From assembly GCA_025201805.1 (NCBI GenBank), contig MU619282.1:1-64000 (forward strand): 64,000 bases of DNA, given 5' to 3'. Positions 1-16,101 of the stretch are shown here, piece after piece. Every line of letters begins with the position of its first letter. Within the stretch, counting starts at the first letter, position 1. Under the pieces are notes generated by a model. The model had not been told where the DNA came from. It did not search any database and worked only from the letters and a program-made list of their open reading frames with translations. The position numbers and the translations under genes were made by a program. Source of the DNA: Parasitella parasitica NRRL 2501. Taxonomy: Eukaryota; Fungi; Mucoromycota.

Positions 1-2
1 CC

Positions 3-274
3 TGTAAGTAACACAGATCTGAGCACCAGGATAAAGGTTAAGGCTCTGTCAGATCAAAGACGTGTAGCCCTTGCTGTATAACCTCATATCGTACCCTGTC
101 AAGTAGATTGTCACTGTGAATTAGTCTTGTCAATTAGTAATCTAAATAAGTCACCATAAATTTATGTAGTTGTAAAAAGTATAAATAGCAGATGCAATTT
201 CGATCTTAAATAAAGTATCTTCAGTTTTCGTATCTCGTTAACCTTTGGTTTTTTTATTATCTTTTTGATCCAAC
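3..274 (+). mobile_element. LTR-like remnant (boundaries approximate)
   Basis: Starts TGTAA, has TATAAATA (~180) and AATAAA (~209), and a CAACA at 270-274. Bases ~10-92 are a diverged inverted copy of 1897-1979, and 208-236 resemble the reverse complement of 47542-47567. Confidence 0.45.
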
Positions 275-859
275 ACTAGGGTGATTTTAGCACAAGTGAT
301 GAGCAAATATGTGATATTTATGATAAAAATTGAAAAATAAAACTGGTTTTGCAGATAACTTTTGATAGAGNNNNNNNNNNATTGAAAAATAAAACTGGTT
401 TTGCAGATAACTTTTGATAGAGACATGGCCCAGTAGAAATCAAGTTATGCTCAGATAGCGATGATGATGGGTGTTGTTATGGGGGATAATGTTGTTATGG
501 GGTATAAGACAGCGTTTTAATTACTGTCAATTATGGATGTTAAAAAGCGTAAATGTGTATCAGGTGAAAGGAGGAATTTGCGCATTTAAGCAGAGAAGGA
601 GTCATCGTGAATGCAGAAAACTCTATTTATAAGAAATTAATAATCAAATTCCAGGCTTGTGGAACCCATTTTTTCAAATAAACTAGAAATGAATCGTATT
701 TTTTAATGTACATAGAGCTCTCCGAGTGGAAAAAGAAATGTATGCTTTTTTTTAGCATTCACAATTATTAACAAATGTCAAGCAATTGTAAACATTACTG
801 AAGATAGAGAAGAGGAAGCGATATTTTTGGAGACAAATAAAAATTAAAAACGAGAGGCT

Positions 860-1338
860 TGTTGTATCCATAGAATACCATGGTTACCACTATTTCAACT
901 CAGTTGTCATGGCAACCGTTCCTAATCGGATCTAAGGTTAAATGGCATCGATCATTCTATCTAGTAAATAGAAGTATTCAATAGAATGCCTTGTATAAGA
1001 AACCATCTATTTGGGTTCTACTTATTCTAAATTGTGAAGCTCAACTTATCGATGAAGAATGATCCACATTCATAACGATTAGCTGATTAAATATAGAAAT
1101 AGGTCTTGCTCTGACTACTACTGTGTTATAATCTTGTTTGACAATTAAATGTCAAACATGACCTGATTGTATTTTATAGATTGATTTAGATTGATTTATT
1201 CTAATATAAATATACAGCTTCTTGTCAATCAATAAATCAATAGTTTTGTATCTGGTAAACTAAGTCTTTATTACATTCTTATATTTTTATATCACATACA
1301 ATCACCTGCTGTGCTCAATTTCAAGACCTGGCACAACA
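860..1338 (+). mobile_element. Solo LTR (479 bp) with 5-bp TSD
   Basis: TGTTG...CAACA termini flanked by identical AGGCT (855-859 and 1339-1343). Internal TATAAATA (~1207) and AATAAA (1231). Homologous fragments at 31494-31595 and 47458-47571. Confidence 0.85.
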
Positions 1339-1896
1339 AGGCTAACGAGATTCAAAACTTTATTGCACTTTATTGAAGATCGAAATTGCACCTGCTATGT
1401 ATACTCTTTACAACTATATAAACTTATGGTGACTCCTTTAAATTACCGATTGACAAAACTAATTCCCAGTAACAATCTACTTGACAGAGTACGATGTGTC
1501 ATAGAACAGGATTTGTACATTGGTTTACCCGCGGAATTGTACAACTTTAATGTCAATTTCGTGATATAAACTTTAATAAACATTTTAGTTACCTAAAGGT
1601 ATATTCATAAAGATCTTGCCTATAAACAAGTCCATAAATTTTTTATATCTACAATACACCAATTAATGTTGTAGTTGTCAATTTCTATCTTCATCAACAT
1701 CTACTTTCAATCTTCCTATCAGGTTTATTGGTCAATCATACATCACACCATCATGGTATATTTCTTTATCTTTAAATTTCACATTTAGTATAAATAGCAA
1801 TAGTTTATTCATAGCCATGAGAAGATCCTCATCCTAACATAAAATAAAACAACATCTTAAAAAGGATTTTATTTTAGTGTTTCTTCTGATTTTCAC

Positions 1897-1979
1897 ACGA
1901 TGTAAGGTTATGCAACAAGGGCTACACGTTCTTGATCTGACAGTGCCTTAACCTTTATTCTGCTTCAAAGATCTGTGTT
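1897..1979 (-). repeat. Inverted diverged copy of the LTR-like 5' end at ~10-92
   Basis: Reverse complement acacagatct...ataaaggttaaggcactgtcagatcaag-aacgtgtagcccttg aligns with positions 11-91. Confidence 0.75.
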
Positions 1980-3943
1980 TTAGAAATAGCCATCTTGGTT
2001 TGAAACAGAGACTTTATTCTCCAGTTTACACAAGCGTATCACATCACATCATTGGGCAATCTTCAATCTTCAATTGAGGAACATTCTATGATCTAATATC
2101 GATAATTATGACAGATCAGATATCCAGAAAAACTATAAACTGACCATCCTTTCGCCCAATAGCTGATAACAGATGATTCACTGAACTACAAGTAGCTGCG
2201 GTTGAATATATCTAAGAGGCAGAAGAGGTATCCCTGATGAGACAGTGTATGAGCTTATGTGAGTAGTTCAGGCAAAGGTCCAATATTGATAGTTATAAAA
2301 TAAACAATGTATATCAGGTCAGTTCAGAATATATTACTGATGAAACCTCGACAATATAATAAGCAAATGCTGGATATATCCGGGAAAAAGCTTTTGACAG
2401 AGGTATACCTGCAGCAATTCGACTTGAGGGTTGATGGCTGCCCAAGCGTTCATGATGAAGAAACAACTTCCTTCCAAAAAATAGTAACAATTTAAGTGGA
2501 TTCCTAAATATATTTTAATCCATAACGATAAACAGGGCTATGTGTAAAAACGTACTACATTAAAAGTAGCTAACCATAAACTATGCTCTCTTGTCCTTCA
2601 GATGGATTCTATCAAAACCAGTGCTGCTGATGCTATCAGACGATTGTAAGCTGAAAACTACTTGGCAAGCCAAATAATTTGATTAAGCTTTTTATTTGTA
2701 GGATGACAAGCTGCTTCTTGTGCAGCTATTGGAACTGTGAAAGTGAAAACGAGCTGTGAAATACGTATGTGGATCCCCTCCTTGACTCTCTCTTGAGTAA
2801 TCTCGAAAATGGGGTCCATTTACGTTAGTAAATAAGCGATTGTCACCATTAAATTATTAAACGAATGCTATGCATGTGTGAATAGTGTAATTTATATGCA
2901 GAGGGAATATTTGTATACAATAAGGGTTCTTTGAAACGAGATAATTCATTCAAAGTGTGCGAGAACTTCTTTATTCTCACAGAAGACAAACAACAAATAA
3001 TTCCCGTATTTTTTTAACCTTCAAAAGCTTGTTGATGTTTATTTGGTACCGTCATCAAAAGAGCTCATCCGTCGTGTAATTAAGACACATGCATACTTAT
3101 ATGTATGTGATGTAAACATTCATAAATATTACTGCTTATCACCAACGTGCATAATCATGCCATATGAGGTTTCGCCTGGTCGGCAGTTATATTGGATGGA
3201 GGTAAAGATCAATAAGTTGATGATAGTCATCAACAATGGCACACTTTCTTGTATTCTTGTCCATTTTGCAGCATAAACAAATAAAGTTATTTTCTTCTGG
3301 CAGATGCGGTTGAATGTGGTTGCCGCATGGCTTTGTTTATGTTTGTAATAATAGCCATGTACTAACATCCAAATAGTTGCTGATCTGCGCTATGATGAAA
3401 GATGAAGAAATACGTTGCTAATATATATGAAATTTGAAAAGTTATCACAAAAGGGAGCATTGTTATAATCTAGGAGTCTCTGATGTAAATCAGTTGAGAC
3501 AACATGTTCCTAAATTTAAACCCTAGCCCAAGAAACTATTATCTCGCATAATCCAAATGTATGTGCCTGGCGCTTTGTTTCACAGGCATGATTGTAACTT
3601 GGTTATTGTCAACGTTTCTTGAATGGTCGCAAACAATCAGTAGTAGCCCACGGATCGAGCTGTGTCTTTTTACTGAATCTAGCTATGGAATCTAGTAAAC
3701 AATAAAACCTATCGTGATCTCTGTAATCATCCCTGCCATTGAGGTTTTATAAACCACTATTCCTTCAAACTGAAACTAACGTGAAAATAACTGTAGAAAA
3801 AAAAGGGGGCAATAATCATAAATAATTAACAGGTTCCACTTCAGATTATTTCCTCTTTCTTCTGTATATTACTTTTCGCTTCGAAACAACCCCTTCCGAT
3901 CATTCTTTGAATAGAATCACAAGTATTAAAGCACTCAATAAAA

Positions 3944-4574
3944 ATGCTGTTCAACCTGCCCTCTCTTTTAACATTAACTGCAATCATTGCAATATCGTTG
4001 TCTGGTGTCCGATCTGCTTCCATCTCTGCAAATGCAAATAAAGTTATACACTCACTTGTTTCTGACACAAATTCTACCCTGGGCGATATATCTGCTTCTA
4101 TAAAAACCTCAAAAAAGAAAATCACCAGCGGTGGCAGCTTCTCAGGAATAGGAACCTTCTACATGACTGGCTTAGGTTCCTGTGGTAAAGTTAGTAAAGA
4201 CACAGACTTAATGGTTGCTTTGGTAATATTCAAAGAGTAGAAAGATCAAGTGAGATATGAAAACTAACTCGTTTTGACAGAATGCTCCTCAAATGGAGGG
4301 GGGTCGCGCACCTAAAGACCTTAATAACAACAATCCCTTGTGTGGCAAATACATCATAGCCAAAGGTAAGTTTTCCATTTTGATTACCCGTATGATCTTA
4401 TATAGTAGCATTTACTAAGAAAATTATTCAGGACCCAAAGGCTCTGTCAGAGTTAAAGTTTTAGATACTTGCCCTCCTTGCGCTAAAGGCTCTCTCGATT
4501 TTAGTGCTGCTGCTTACGCAAAACTTGGAGACTATGATGACGGTGAAATCAAAATTACTTGGAAGTGGGAATAA
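3944..4574 (+). CDS. Secreted RlpA-like double-psi beta-barrel (expansin/loosenin-like) protein, 3 exons
   Basis: Signal peptide; GTFYMTGLGSCG, MVAL|NAPQM, NPLCGK, VKVLDTCPPCAKGSLDFS motifs. GT-AG introns at about 4222-4280 and 4366-4431; stop TAA 4572-4574. Confidence 0.88.
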
Positions 4575-5265
4575 ATACTAGTTTAATAAAATGTGTACAT
4601 AATAAAAAGTGTTGAACACTGATTTTTGTCTATAGTAACTATGTCTTTCTTGATTTCATCCAGTAAACAAATTGATTTATTCAGCGTCTCCACTGAACCA
4701 ACTGCTTTAGGAGGATGGAGCACAAAGACATCCTTCAATTTGCCACTTATTGTGCTTCATCAGAATGTAGTCTGCTTGCATAAATGTTCATTCTCTCCTT
4801 AACAAAGAAAACGGAATTCTGTACACTATTTTTAGGAATTATTAGCACAAGTTGAGGGGAAAAAATAGTGCTCATAGTGTATTTCTTTACAAAAATTGTC
4901 AAAAATGACAAGGATGACAACAAGGTGCAGCTCAAACTGCCCTTTTTGGATTCGATGTCTTTATGTGGAAATACGTTAACCCCCCCCCCCACATTTACCA
5001 TCTTTAACAGTTTGCTCAACTTGGCTGCTTTTATTGCGATTTATTATTTTTTGTGTACGCAAGAGATATATGCGAATATGTATGTATGAATAAACAGTAA
5101 TTTGTACAGTAATCACAGTGCCAATTTGTGTAATATGAATTAAAGGGGATGGGGGAGGGGAGGGTAATAGCTTAAATGGATCCCATCGTCTGTTAATCAG
5201 TCATATGCCGAATCTTCAGAAGCTTGACTAAAGAAACAAATGGTATATTTAGCCACGTTGTTATG

Positions 5266-6469
5266 CTATAGAATATCTGTATCATAGTATTGTGCACTAT
5301 GAAAATTCCAGGTATTGTTATTAACACGTATGTCATTGGAGTTTGTTGCATTAGCGAAATTCGTATGTGGATAGACATCATTTTTTAAATAGTATTGTTG
5401 CTGCTGCTCGCGTTCCGTAGCATTCGCATAATAATGGGATTCTGTTTCTAAAGACATGATCGAAGCAATCTTCGGCTTATAGTAGTCATTGTGATCATAT
5501 AAAGCAGAGCTGTCAGCATAGTAAAATGGGCTTTTTGTTGTTGCGTTGTGATTATTGTGAGCACTGTGATGATAGGATGCATGATGAAGTTCGTTATATA
5601 GAGTGTTTAGCTCGCATAGCTGTGTTTTCATACACTGCACCGAGTCTGTGGTGTTTTCTATCATTATATCTCTATTGTCACTTCTAATATTATTGTAGTA
5701 AAGATTAAATCGATTTTGTGCTATTAAAGCATTATCTAGTTGTGATGGTTGAATTGTGCAATCTGTAGAAGATGAGTATACAATGGGCGATTGCAATTGA
5801 CTGGAGGGGTTGACTTTAATCGTGTATTTGGTTGTATCTGCTTTTTCTATTTATGCACTATAAGGATCTGTATATGGTTATACTAAACGATTCTCTAAAC
5901 CTACCGATTTTGAGCGCAGTAAGTTGTGCTGATTTCTTTTTGTATGGTCCCCTTTTGAACCCTTTTTTGCGCTCTTTTCTTGGAGAATCAACACAAGTGT
6001 CTGTAATGCCAAGTTTGATGCATCGTTGACATGGGCGTCCATCGTCACATTTCTTACAGGCCTTCTGGCAATTTACTAGCAGGGAGATACAATCACGTTA
6101 GACCATTGAGCTGCTAATGACTGTATGAAAATAGTTTACAGAAAAAAGTTATTTACCACATGCATTTTTCACTTGGCTTCGACGCTTTACAGTAGATTTA
6201 GTCGCTGTGTCGCTTGAAGAAGAGAAAGAGCGAGCTGAAGAGGTTTGTAGCAGTGGCAATGATGAAGATATCGATGTAGGCAAGGGCACCGGATTTTCTA
6301 TATTAAGGGTAGTTATCGGGTCCATTATGATCGGCTGCAGTGACAGTGGGTATGGTATCGAGTCGATATCAGTGTTGAGTTCGTTATTTGGCATTATCAC
6401 CGCGAATTGTGTGGTGTCAAAATCATAGCAGGAAGAAGGGGACCCAATTGGTGATAGGAGGTGGCTCAT
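5266..6469 (-). CDS. Zn(II)2Cys6 transcription factor, multi-exon
   Basis: Spliced KRRSQVKNAC|VNCQKACKKCDDGRPCQRCIKLGITDTC binuclear cluster followed by the basic segment RKERKKGFKRGPYKK. Confidence 0.85.
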
Positions 6470-6996
6470 TTTTATATATGCAAAATCAACCAGTGGCTGG
6501 CAGAATATGGTGTCGTGAAGAAAAGAAAAAGAAAGGCAAGGTTACTTCAGAATTTCGATCGAAAACGAATTGTTTTGTTTATTTATTTACATAATGAATA
6601 TTCGTTTTGTTTGTAGGTTGCAGACAGATGATCTAGGTGTTGTAGGCTTATTCCATGATGACAACAGTTTCATATGTGGGCTCGCCATATATCTTTTTAT
6701 TCATTGCATATCAGTGATGGTATCAGCGATGCATATACTTACAGTATCATTGAGACTGTACAGCAATGTGCTGAAATCCAAGCAATTCATTGATGTTTGT
6801 GATACATGACTTGAATTGACAAATCCAAAATACTGCATGCATAAAAGTTCGATATATGTTTTGTTTGCATTGCAAAATACAATTTAGTCAGGAACTAGAT
6901 CTGACTGTACGTAGCACAATTAAATGCATATTAACGATGCTCATCTCGTCTTTATTGGATTGAGAAACACGTATCGAGCTCTTATTGTCTGAATAT

Positions 6997-9025
<2,029 letters not shown>

Positions 9026-11283
9026 TTAATGCACTGAATAGAGGGAAGACGAAAAAATACTAGACTGATTCCTTCGCATATTTATAATGTCTTGTTCATT
9101 GCAAAATAGAACATTCAGATTGTAAAGAAGTCGTTATTAGACGAAAATAAGCCTCTTCGAGCTTAGCGAATGTCTATTTCAGGAAGCACGTTCAATAAAA
9201 TTTGAGCGCCACACTAGTTTCAGAGTTTTTAATACTGTCTTCTTGTTGTTCTTTGTGTATTTTTTTTTTTTTTAGTAGAAACATTGTCAGGTAGGTTGCG
9301 CTATTAATCCGCAGGCAAGCAAGGCACTGCAGCCTTAATTCTTAAAAGCCTTACAAGTAAAGGTGTTTTTAAGGAGTGTCTATTAAATAAGGCATATAAT
9401 ATATTTGATGTATCTTGCAGAGATAAGATGAGCAAGGAAATTTCATGAAGGTACACAGATGGAATCCTAGTACTTTTCTTTTCCAATTTTGTCTTTAAAA
9501 GAAAATCAAGTTTGACCTCCAAATGATATTTAATTAAAATTGATCAAAGCAATTCAAAAATTGCTATTGTAGGTAATGCCTATACAAAATAAGCATTTTT
9601 AATCAAAAATTGTGGTTTTGTTTGCATCCAGAGTACTCCAACTTTTTTGTGCAAAAACCATTTAAAGTTTATACCACAAAAACTGGTTCACGAATAAAAA
9701 GTGAGTGAACACTGTATGGTTGATCAAAATGAAAAAGAATAAAAGGGGGATTAACATGATCATATACATCGCAAATTCTTGAAAAATAACTTTAACAGAC
9801 AATATTAAATGATTAAAATATCTTGATTTATGCGTACTCGAACAAGTCCTGATATAATCTTAGATGAACATCATGCTTTAAAGCTTGAACCTGCATGGGT
9901 GTAACCGTTACACACGTTTTGTTTGGGTTTAGTAGGCACAAAGGTATGAAAAGCGATAATCGAAAGCATAGACGTTGAAACGTTTACAGTTTATCTGATT
10001 TTGACTGATGTGTTCAACATTCCCAGTGATTTTGAGCTATACATAGCGATTTTTAGAAGAAAATGAAGCGATTTGTATATGTTAATGTCAAGGAAATACA
10101 TATACCAACAGCTGTCAAAGCAATATTGACGATCAGGTGCAGCTGTCGATTATCAAACATATATTGCTTTAATTAATTGATTTAATCAATGACCAAACCA
10201 AGATGTCTTAATTGCAGGTAATTTAGGCACTTGTCAAGATAAAAATTGATAAACAATTTCATGGCAACTATCAGTGGATCAGAAAAACAAAAATTTATAT
10301 AAAGCCGAAGCATTGTCTAAGATGGAATACCTTTATACTTGCCATTTTATCATCGATACTCTAGTAGGATATGGATATTGGTACGACCTGAATTCATGTC
10401 TTCGGTTAGAGATCCGCTAATTTGTTTACGAGAATCATCTGTCGAATGGATTTGCAGAGATATGGGACTAGAGAAGTTTAAAAACCCACTAATAGAGCTT
10501 TTATTATTATAATCGGCTTTGCTTTTGCAAGACCTTAGTTTGATGGGTAAGAGGAAAAAGTTGGACTTCCCTTGGGCCTTCATAATGGGGGAAACGAAAA
10601 GGATAACCCATGCTATCCATTGGCCTTTTTGTCATGAAATGTGCGTTATCGATGGATGTTGACATTTGAGTTGATCTTCAATGCATTTGCCATTTACTAA
10701 ATATATTCTATATAAAGGTATCAAGGAAGAATATGCACGACTGCCTATATCTATAGATATTAATGAGGACTATCTGATATCTGATGTTGATGTTTATTTG
10801 ATTNNNNNNNNNNNNNNNNNNNNNNNNNNNNNNNNNNNNNNNNNNNNNNNNNNNNNNNNNNNNNNNNNNNNNNNNNNNNNNNNNNNNNNNNNNNNNNNNN
10901 NNNNNNNNNNNNNNNNNNNNNNNNNNNNNNNNNNNNNNNNNNNNNNNNNNNNNNNNNNNNNNNNNNNNNNNNNNNNNNNNNNNNNNNNNNNNNNNNNNNN
11001 NNNNNNNNNNNNNNNNNNNNNNNNNNNNNNNNNNNNNNNNNNNNNNNNNNNNNNNNNNNNNNNNNNNNNNNNNNNNNNNNNNNNNNNNNNNNNNNNNNNN
11101 NNNNNNNNNNNNNNNNNNNNNNNNNNNNNNNNNNNNNNNNNNNNNNNNNNNNNNNNNNNNNNNNNNNNNNNNNNNNNNNNNNNNNNNNNNNNNNNNNNNN
11201 NNNNNNNNNNNNNNNNNNNNNNNNNNNNNNNNNNNNNNNNNNNNNNNNNNNNNNNNNNNNNNNNNNNNNNNNNNNNNNNNNNN

Positions 11284-12716
11284 AAAAAAAAAGCTGTCGG
11301 TATTTGTAACCAGAGAGAAACAACACTGATTTGGGATCGTAAAACCGGCGAACCATTGTACAATGCGATTGTTTGGGGCGACACTCGTACGAATCACCTC
11401 GTCAAAGAACTGGCAGAGAAGCAAACAGACTTGGATGTGCAAGAAATTTGTGGTTTACCCATTCATAATTACTTTTCCGCCGTGAAAGTGAGATGGTTGA
11501 TGGATAAAATCCCCAAGGTAAAATTTGCTGTGGAAAATAAGCGTGCCATGTTTGGCACGGTCGATACATGGTTGATATGGGTAAGGCGTCTATTGTGATA
11601 TACCCTACTGGTTTTTGACAATATACGTATATATGGAAATAGAATTTGACAGGTGGCATTCAGGCTGGAAAACACATTACCGATGTAACTAATGCAAGTC
11701 GTACAATGTTTATGAATTTGAAATCACGCGAATGGGATCAACGTTTGCTGGACTTCTTTGGAATCCCTTCTCACATCCTACCGACAATTGTATCGTCAGC
11801 CGAGAATTATGGAAATATGACATGGGGGCCTTTGGAAGGTGTCCCTATTATGGGTTGTTTGGGCGATCAGCAAGCTGCGTTAGTTGGTCAAAAATGCTTT
11901 GAAGTCGGCGATGCCAAAAACACGTACGGGACTGGCGCTTTCTTGCTCATGAACGTTGGTGAATCCCCTGTGCTTTCCAAGAGTGGCTTACTGTCGACTG
12001 TCGGCTATCAATTTGGACCCGATGGCCCGGTTTCTTACGCCCTGGAGGGTTCTATTAGCGTTGCTGGTGCCGCCGTGAAATGGCTGAGAGATAATCTCGA
12101 GTTGATCAAGACCTCAGATGACATTGATACACTTGCAGCCAAAGTAAAGACCACCGGAGGTGTATTCTTTGTCACTGCATTCTCCGGTCTTTTTTCTCCT
12201 TACTGGCGTGATGATGCTCGTGGTACTCTGGTCGGTCTGACGCAATATACAACGAAATCCCATTTAGCAAGAGCTACATTGGAAGCCGTCTGCTTTTCTA
12301 CTAGAGCTATACTAGAAGCTATGAAAGCAGATGGAGACGTTCCTCTCAAAATGTTAAAGGCAGACGGAGGCATGTCAAATTCAGACCAGTGTATGCAAAT
12401 TCAAGCAGATGTTCTAGGCATACCTGTCATTCGTCCTGGAATGCGTGATACCAGTGCTCTTGGTGCTGCCTACGCAGCGGGGTTTGCAGCTGGTGTTTGG
12501 AAAGATTTGAAGGATATCAAAAAGGACTCTGTTGATCGTGAAGATGTATTTAATGCAAAATGGGATGACGAGAGTAAGTTGTTATTTCTTCAGTATATAT
12601 TTTTGTTAATGATTTACTATAAAGGCCGTGAGCGCAAGTACAAGCAATGGGAGGAAGCTGTACAAAGAAGTTTTGGCTGGACGGATGTTTATAAACCCAC
12701 AGATCACATTCTGTAA
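11284..12716 (+). CDS. GUT1: Glycerol kinase (FGGY family); 5' end hidden in N gap 10804-11283
   Basis: GICNQRETT, NAIVW, TDVTNASRTM, GDQQAALVGQ, AKNTYGTGAF, YALEGS and ADGGM motifs. Confidence 0.92.
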
Positions 12717-14577
12717 AAGTAGCATTTCTCATACATTACTCTCCTCAACATCATCACCACGCCGCTATAGCAACATTATTACTCAAAATGTAGTAACGAC
12801 TATTGTTTTATTATTTCATGCGACCTTTTCTCTATTTTCTTGTACCCATTTGCCATCTTTTCTGATTTATCATAAATATACACGCATACTCTTGCTGCTC
12901 TTTCTCAACATTCGGTTATAATCTATACTCCATAATTCTTATAAAATTTTCTGCTGCAAATAACCTGCAAATCTCCGGGTAATTGATGCCATAATAGACT
13001 AATACCAAGAAAAATTAATGCATGTGGTAACGCTGCATAAATAAGGGGCAGATCAAAATCTGTATGTTGATTTTGACATCCCGAGAACGCTTTGCTTCTC
13101 GACAATATTATTTGCTAGACCTCAAGCTAAAATAATTTTACTCTTTATATTAGTAGAAAATGGAATCTGCATACATTTTAATCTGACTTCCTGATCAATA
13201 TACGCACAACCCACATTTTTGAAAAAGAATAACACATTTGAGAAGATTTTATTTTTTACATTTAATGTCTATATTCACTTAACATTTTAATTATATATTT
13301 TGATTACATATTTATAAGAACATCATCAAAAGTGACATGTTGAGAAAATTTGACCACAGATCCATAGGCTCCATTATAAATTCGTATGGAAAGAAACTCT
13401 TCGATTCATATGAAAATCTCAATAGCGCAAATCAAAGCCCTTTGCATCTATTGCCTACATGTGGAATCTCTGACTTTATCAACTATTTACCATCAGGGAC
13501 TGAGGAACAATGGTTATTTTTAAAAAAGAATGTTTAACTCAAGGGCAGTATCAAGCCTCGTCCCAAATTAAGTAAACATGTTGCCCATCTGTAGGCTATA
13601 ATTCTTTTTGTCAAATAATTTTTTTTGTTAATTAATAATCATGAAAATGTCTTCCCTCTATGCTGTATTATTTGGATGAATTATTAAAGTTAACGTTATG
13701 TATTTTTGGGCTTTAAGGATGGAGGGCCATCACAACAAACTGATTTTTTAAGGTTGTTGAGGGGTTTAAGAAAGCAAGGTAACATGTTAAAAACGCTTTC
13801 AAATAGACAACAATATTAGCCTTGGCTAAATGAGAAATTGGCAAGTTTCAAATACTGTAATCCTTTCAACACATCATGTTTTAATTGCTGACAACTTCTC
13901 AAAACTGATTTTATTACTCAAGATCATTCAATTCTACGTTCATAACTTCTTAACAAAATTATAGTTTATATTATACCTCTCAAAAAAAAACCCCCCTCGA
14001 CCTCATCTTTTGTTTTATACATCTTGTTACGCATCAAATGTGAAAGGTTTCTGTAAAGAGAGTAACTAGAAGGAGAGATGCTCAGTTGGCTCAAAATTTT
14101 TTATTTTCTTTGCAACGTGTGGTTGAGCATTATTGTGGAGTAATGGAATATCCTTTCTACTCCCCAAAACAAATCGAACATTTATGCATTTCGAGTGTAT
14201 CCTTGACATTCATGATTTCGCTTTGTTCCAACATTTTATAATGAACGATCTTTTTGGAAGACCACCAAACACCTAATTAAGCCTTTTATAAGGGGGTATG
14301 TTGAAATACAAACAATAATTCCAATTTTTCTAAGCGGTATGTGTTTAATTTAAAAGAAGAACCCACTGTAAACTCAAAGACATACTATCCTCAAAAAAGA
14401 ACGATGTCTCAAAAGTATCTGGAGTGTATATTGCCTTGATATCAGGGTATAGCAAGGTTATAAAAACAGCACTGCATCCAATTATAAAACATTAAAACCA
14501 AAATGTAAACCCGGTGAGCGAAGCGAGCAGGCCAGCTGGTTTTATTTAACAAATTTATAATCGCAATAACACTACAT

Positions 14578-15280
14578 TTACGCCCAACTCCAGGCAATAT
14601 CTATCACGCCATCATCCAAGCTGGCGATTTTTTTGAAAGCACCAGGGCTTAAATCAAGACTATCTCCAGATGGACAACCAGGACAAGTATCTTGTACTTT
14701 AACCGTTACCTCACGGCCATTTTTGGGATCTGAATTAAATAGTTAGTGAATGTTGTTCCAATCAACTTCAAATGAAGACTTACTGCGAACATTTATTTTC
14801 TTGCCACACAGTGGATTGTTATTTGGGTTCCCTGAATAGCTTTCTGTCATTTGGTTTGCATTCTATCAAATTAATTAGCTGATTGTTTCCACAAAAACGA
14901 CCAGTATACGTTACCAGAGCAACAATCATGTCAGATTCTTTATTTGCCACACCACAAGACCCCAGCCCAGTATTGTACCATGTGCCCTTTCCTTTGAAAG
15001 TTCCAGAGCTACTAGAAGAGCCGGAGGTCTTTTTTACTGATGTAATTTTCTTGTGGCTGTTCTTCCCTTGTTTTTTTTCATGCTTCTTATGTCTGCGTCT
15101 CTTTTCAATTCGATAGCCATCCAAATCTAATTGCTGGGATGGGACGGCGATCCTTCTTAAAGAGACAGATGGAATTGCAACGTCAAGAGTAGAGGCTGGA
15201 GCAGATTCTGCGCCATTGAAAAGCAGTGATATTGAAATAACGGAAGCTAATGTCAAAAGAGTAGAATGAGTGATCCACAT
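14578..15280 (-). CDS. Second secreted RlpA-like DPBB/expansin-like protein
   Basis: Signal peptide, Lys/His-rich linker, GTWYNTGLGSCG, MIVAL, NPLCGK, VKVQDTCPGCPSGDSLDLSPGAF, IAWSWA stop. Confidence 0.88.
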
Positions 15281-16101
15281 TGTGTTTTTTTTCGCTGATT
15301 GTGGCAAGTATATTTGAAATACGAGTAAGAAAGGATCGTAAGGGGTTATTTGAAAATAATTATGAAGATATGAAAAGCAAAAGGAAGAAAACCTACCAAT
15401 CTCTTTTTATAATTGTCTAATGCATAGGATTAACCTTATAGTGCTTCATATAAATGGAATAGTGATATCTATATATATCATATAATTACGCACTGCTAGG
15501 GGTAAGTGCTCATGCGACGGTTTTATTGTTCGTTATGGTCGTTCAAAGAAACAATCTGATCGTTAAAGGGTGTTGTGATTACAGCATAATCGAATTTCAT
15601 CAATAAATCGAATTTCACTAAAAAATCGTGCCCCTGGTGACTTGAATTATCCAAACTGATCGACGGTACCTTGAATCCATTGTACTATCTACAATAGCAG
15701 AAAAATAGCTTTGATTGTCTCATTAAAATTTGGATAATGCCTCAAATGCTTTTATTTTTAGGATTTGACAATTAAAATCCCAAAACAAAGCCAAACCCGA
15801 ATTGAAAACGTGAGATATTATGTGATTGACCAGAACTATGAACTCACTTTTGTACAATCACCCATCTCCAAGTGGATGGTCACCAGTTTGAAATGGAAAA
15901 GAATGGTGTGCTCTTGGTGCCCCCCCCCACCCTCCAATTTTAATTTAATCACCGTAACAAGGTCTCTCATGGAGGCCTCACAATCTTTTGCAGAGCGCTA
16001 TTTTGTGCTATACAAAAGTTGCAGCAGTGTATCTATATTTCAAGTCTTTGATTTGAATCAATAAAAAAATACTTTATTCAATCGACAATGTGCATAATAA
16101 C

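Noticed and set aside
329-422. ~42-bp direct duplication flanking the 10-N gap
   Set aside because: Identical sequence on both sides of a scaffold gap is typical of an unmerged contig overlap.
10371-10391. MDIGTT, resembling the glycerol kinase N-terminal DxGTT motif
   Set aside because: It is followed immediately by a stop with no splice donor; the true 5' exons probably lie in the gap.
10681-11442. Long ORFs spanning the 480-N gap
   Set aside because: They are open only because N codons contain no stops; only the glycerol kinase frame after 11284 is supported.
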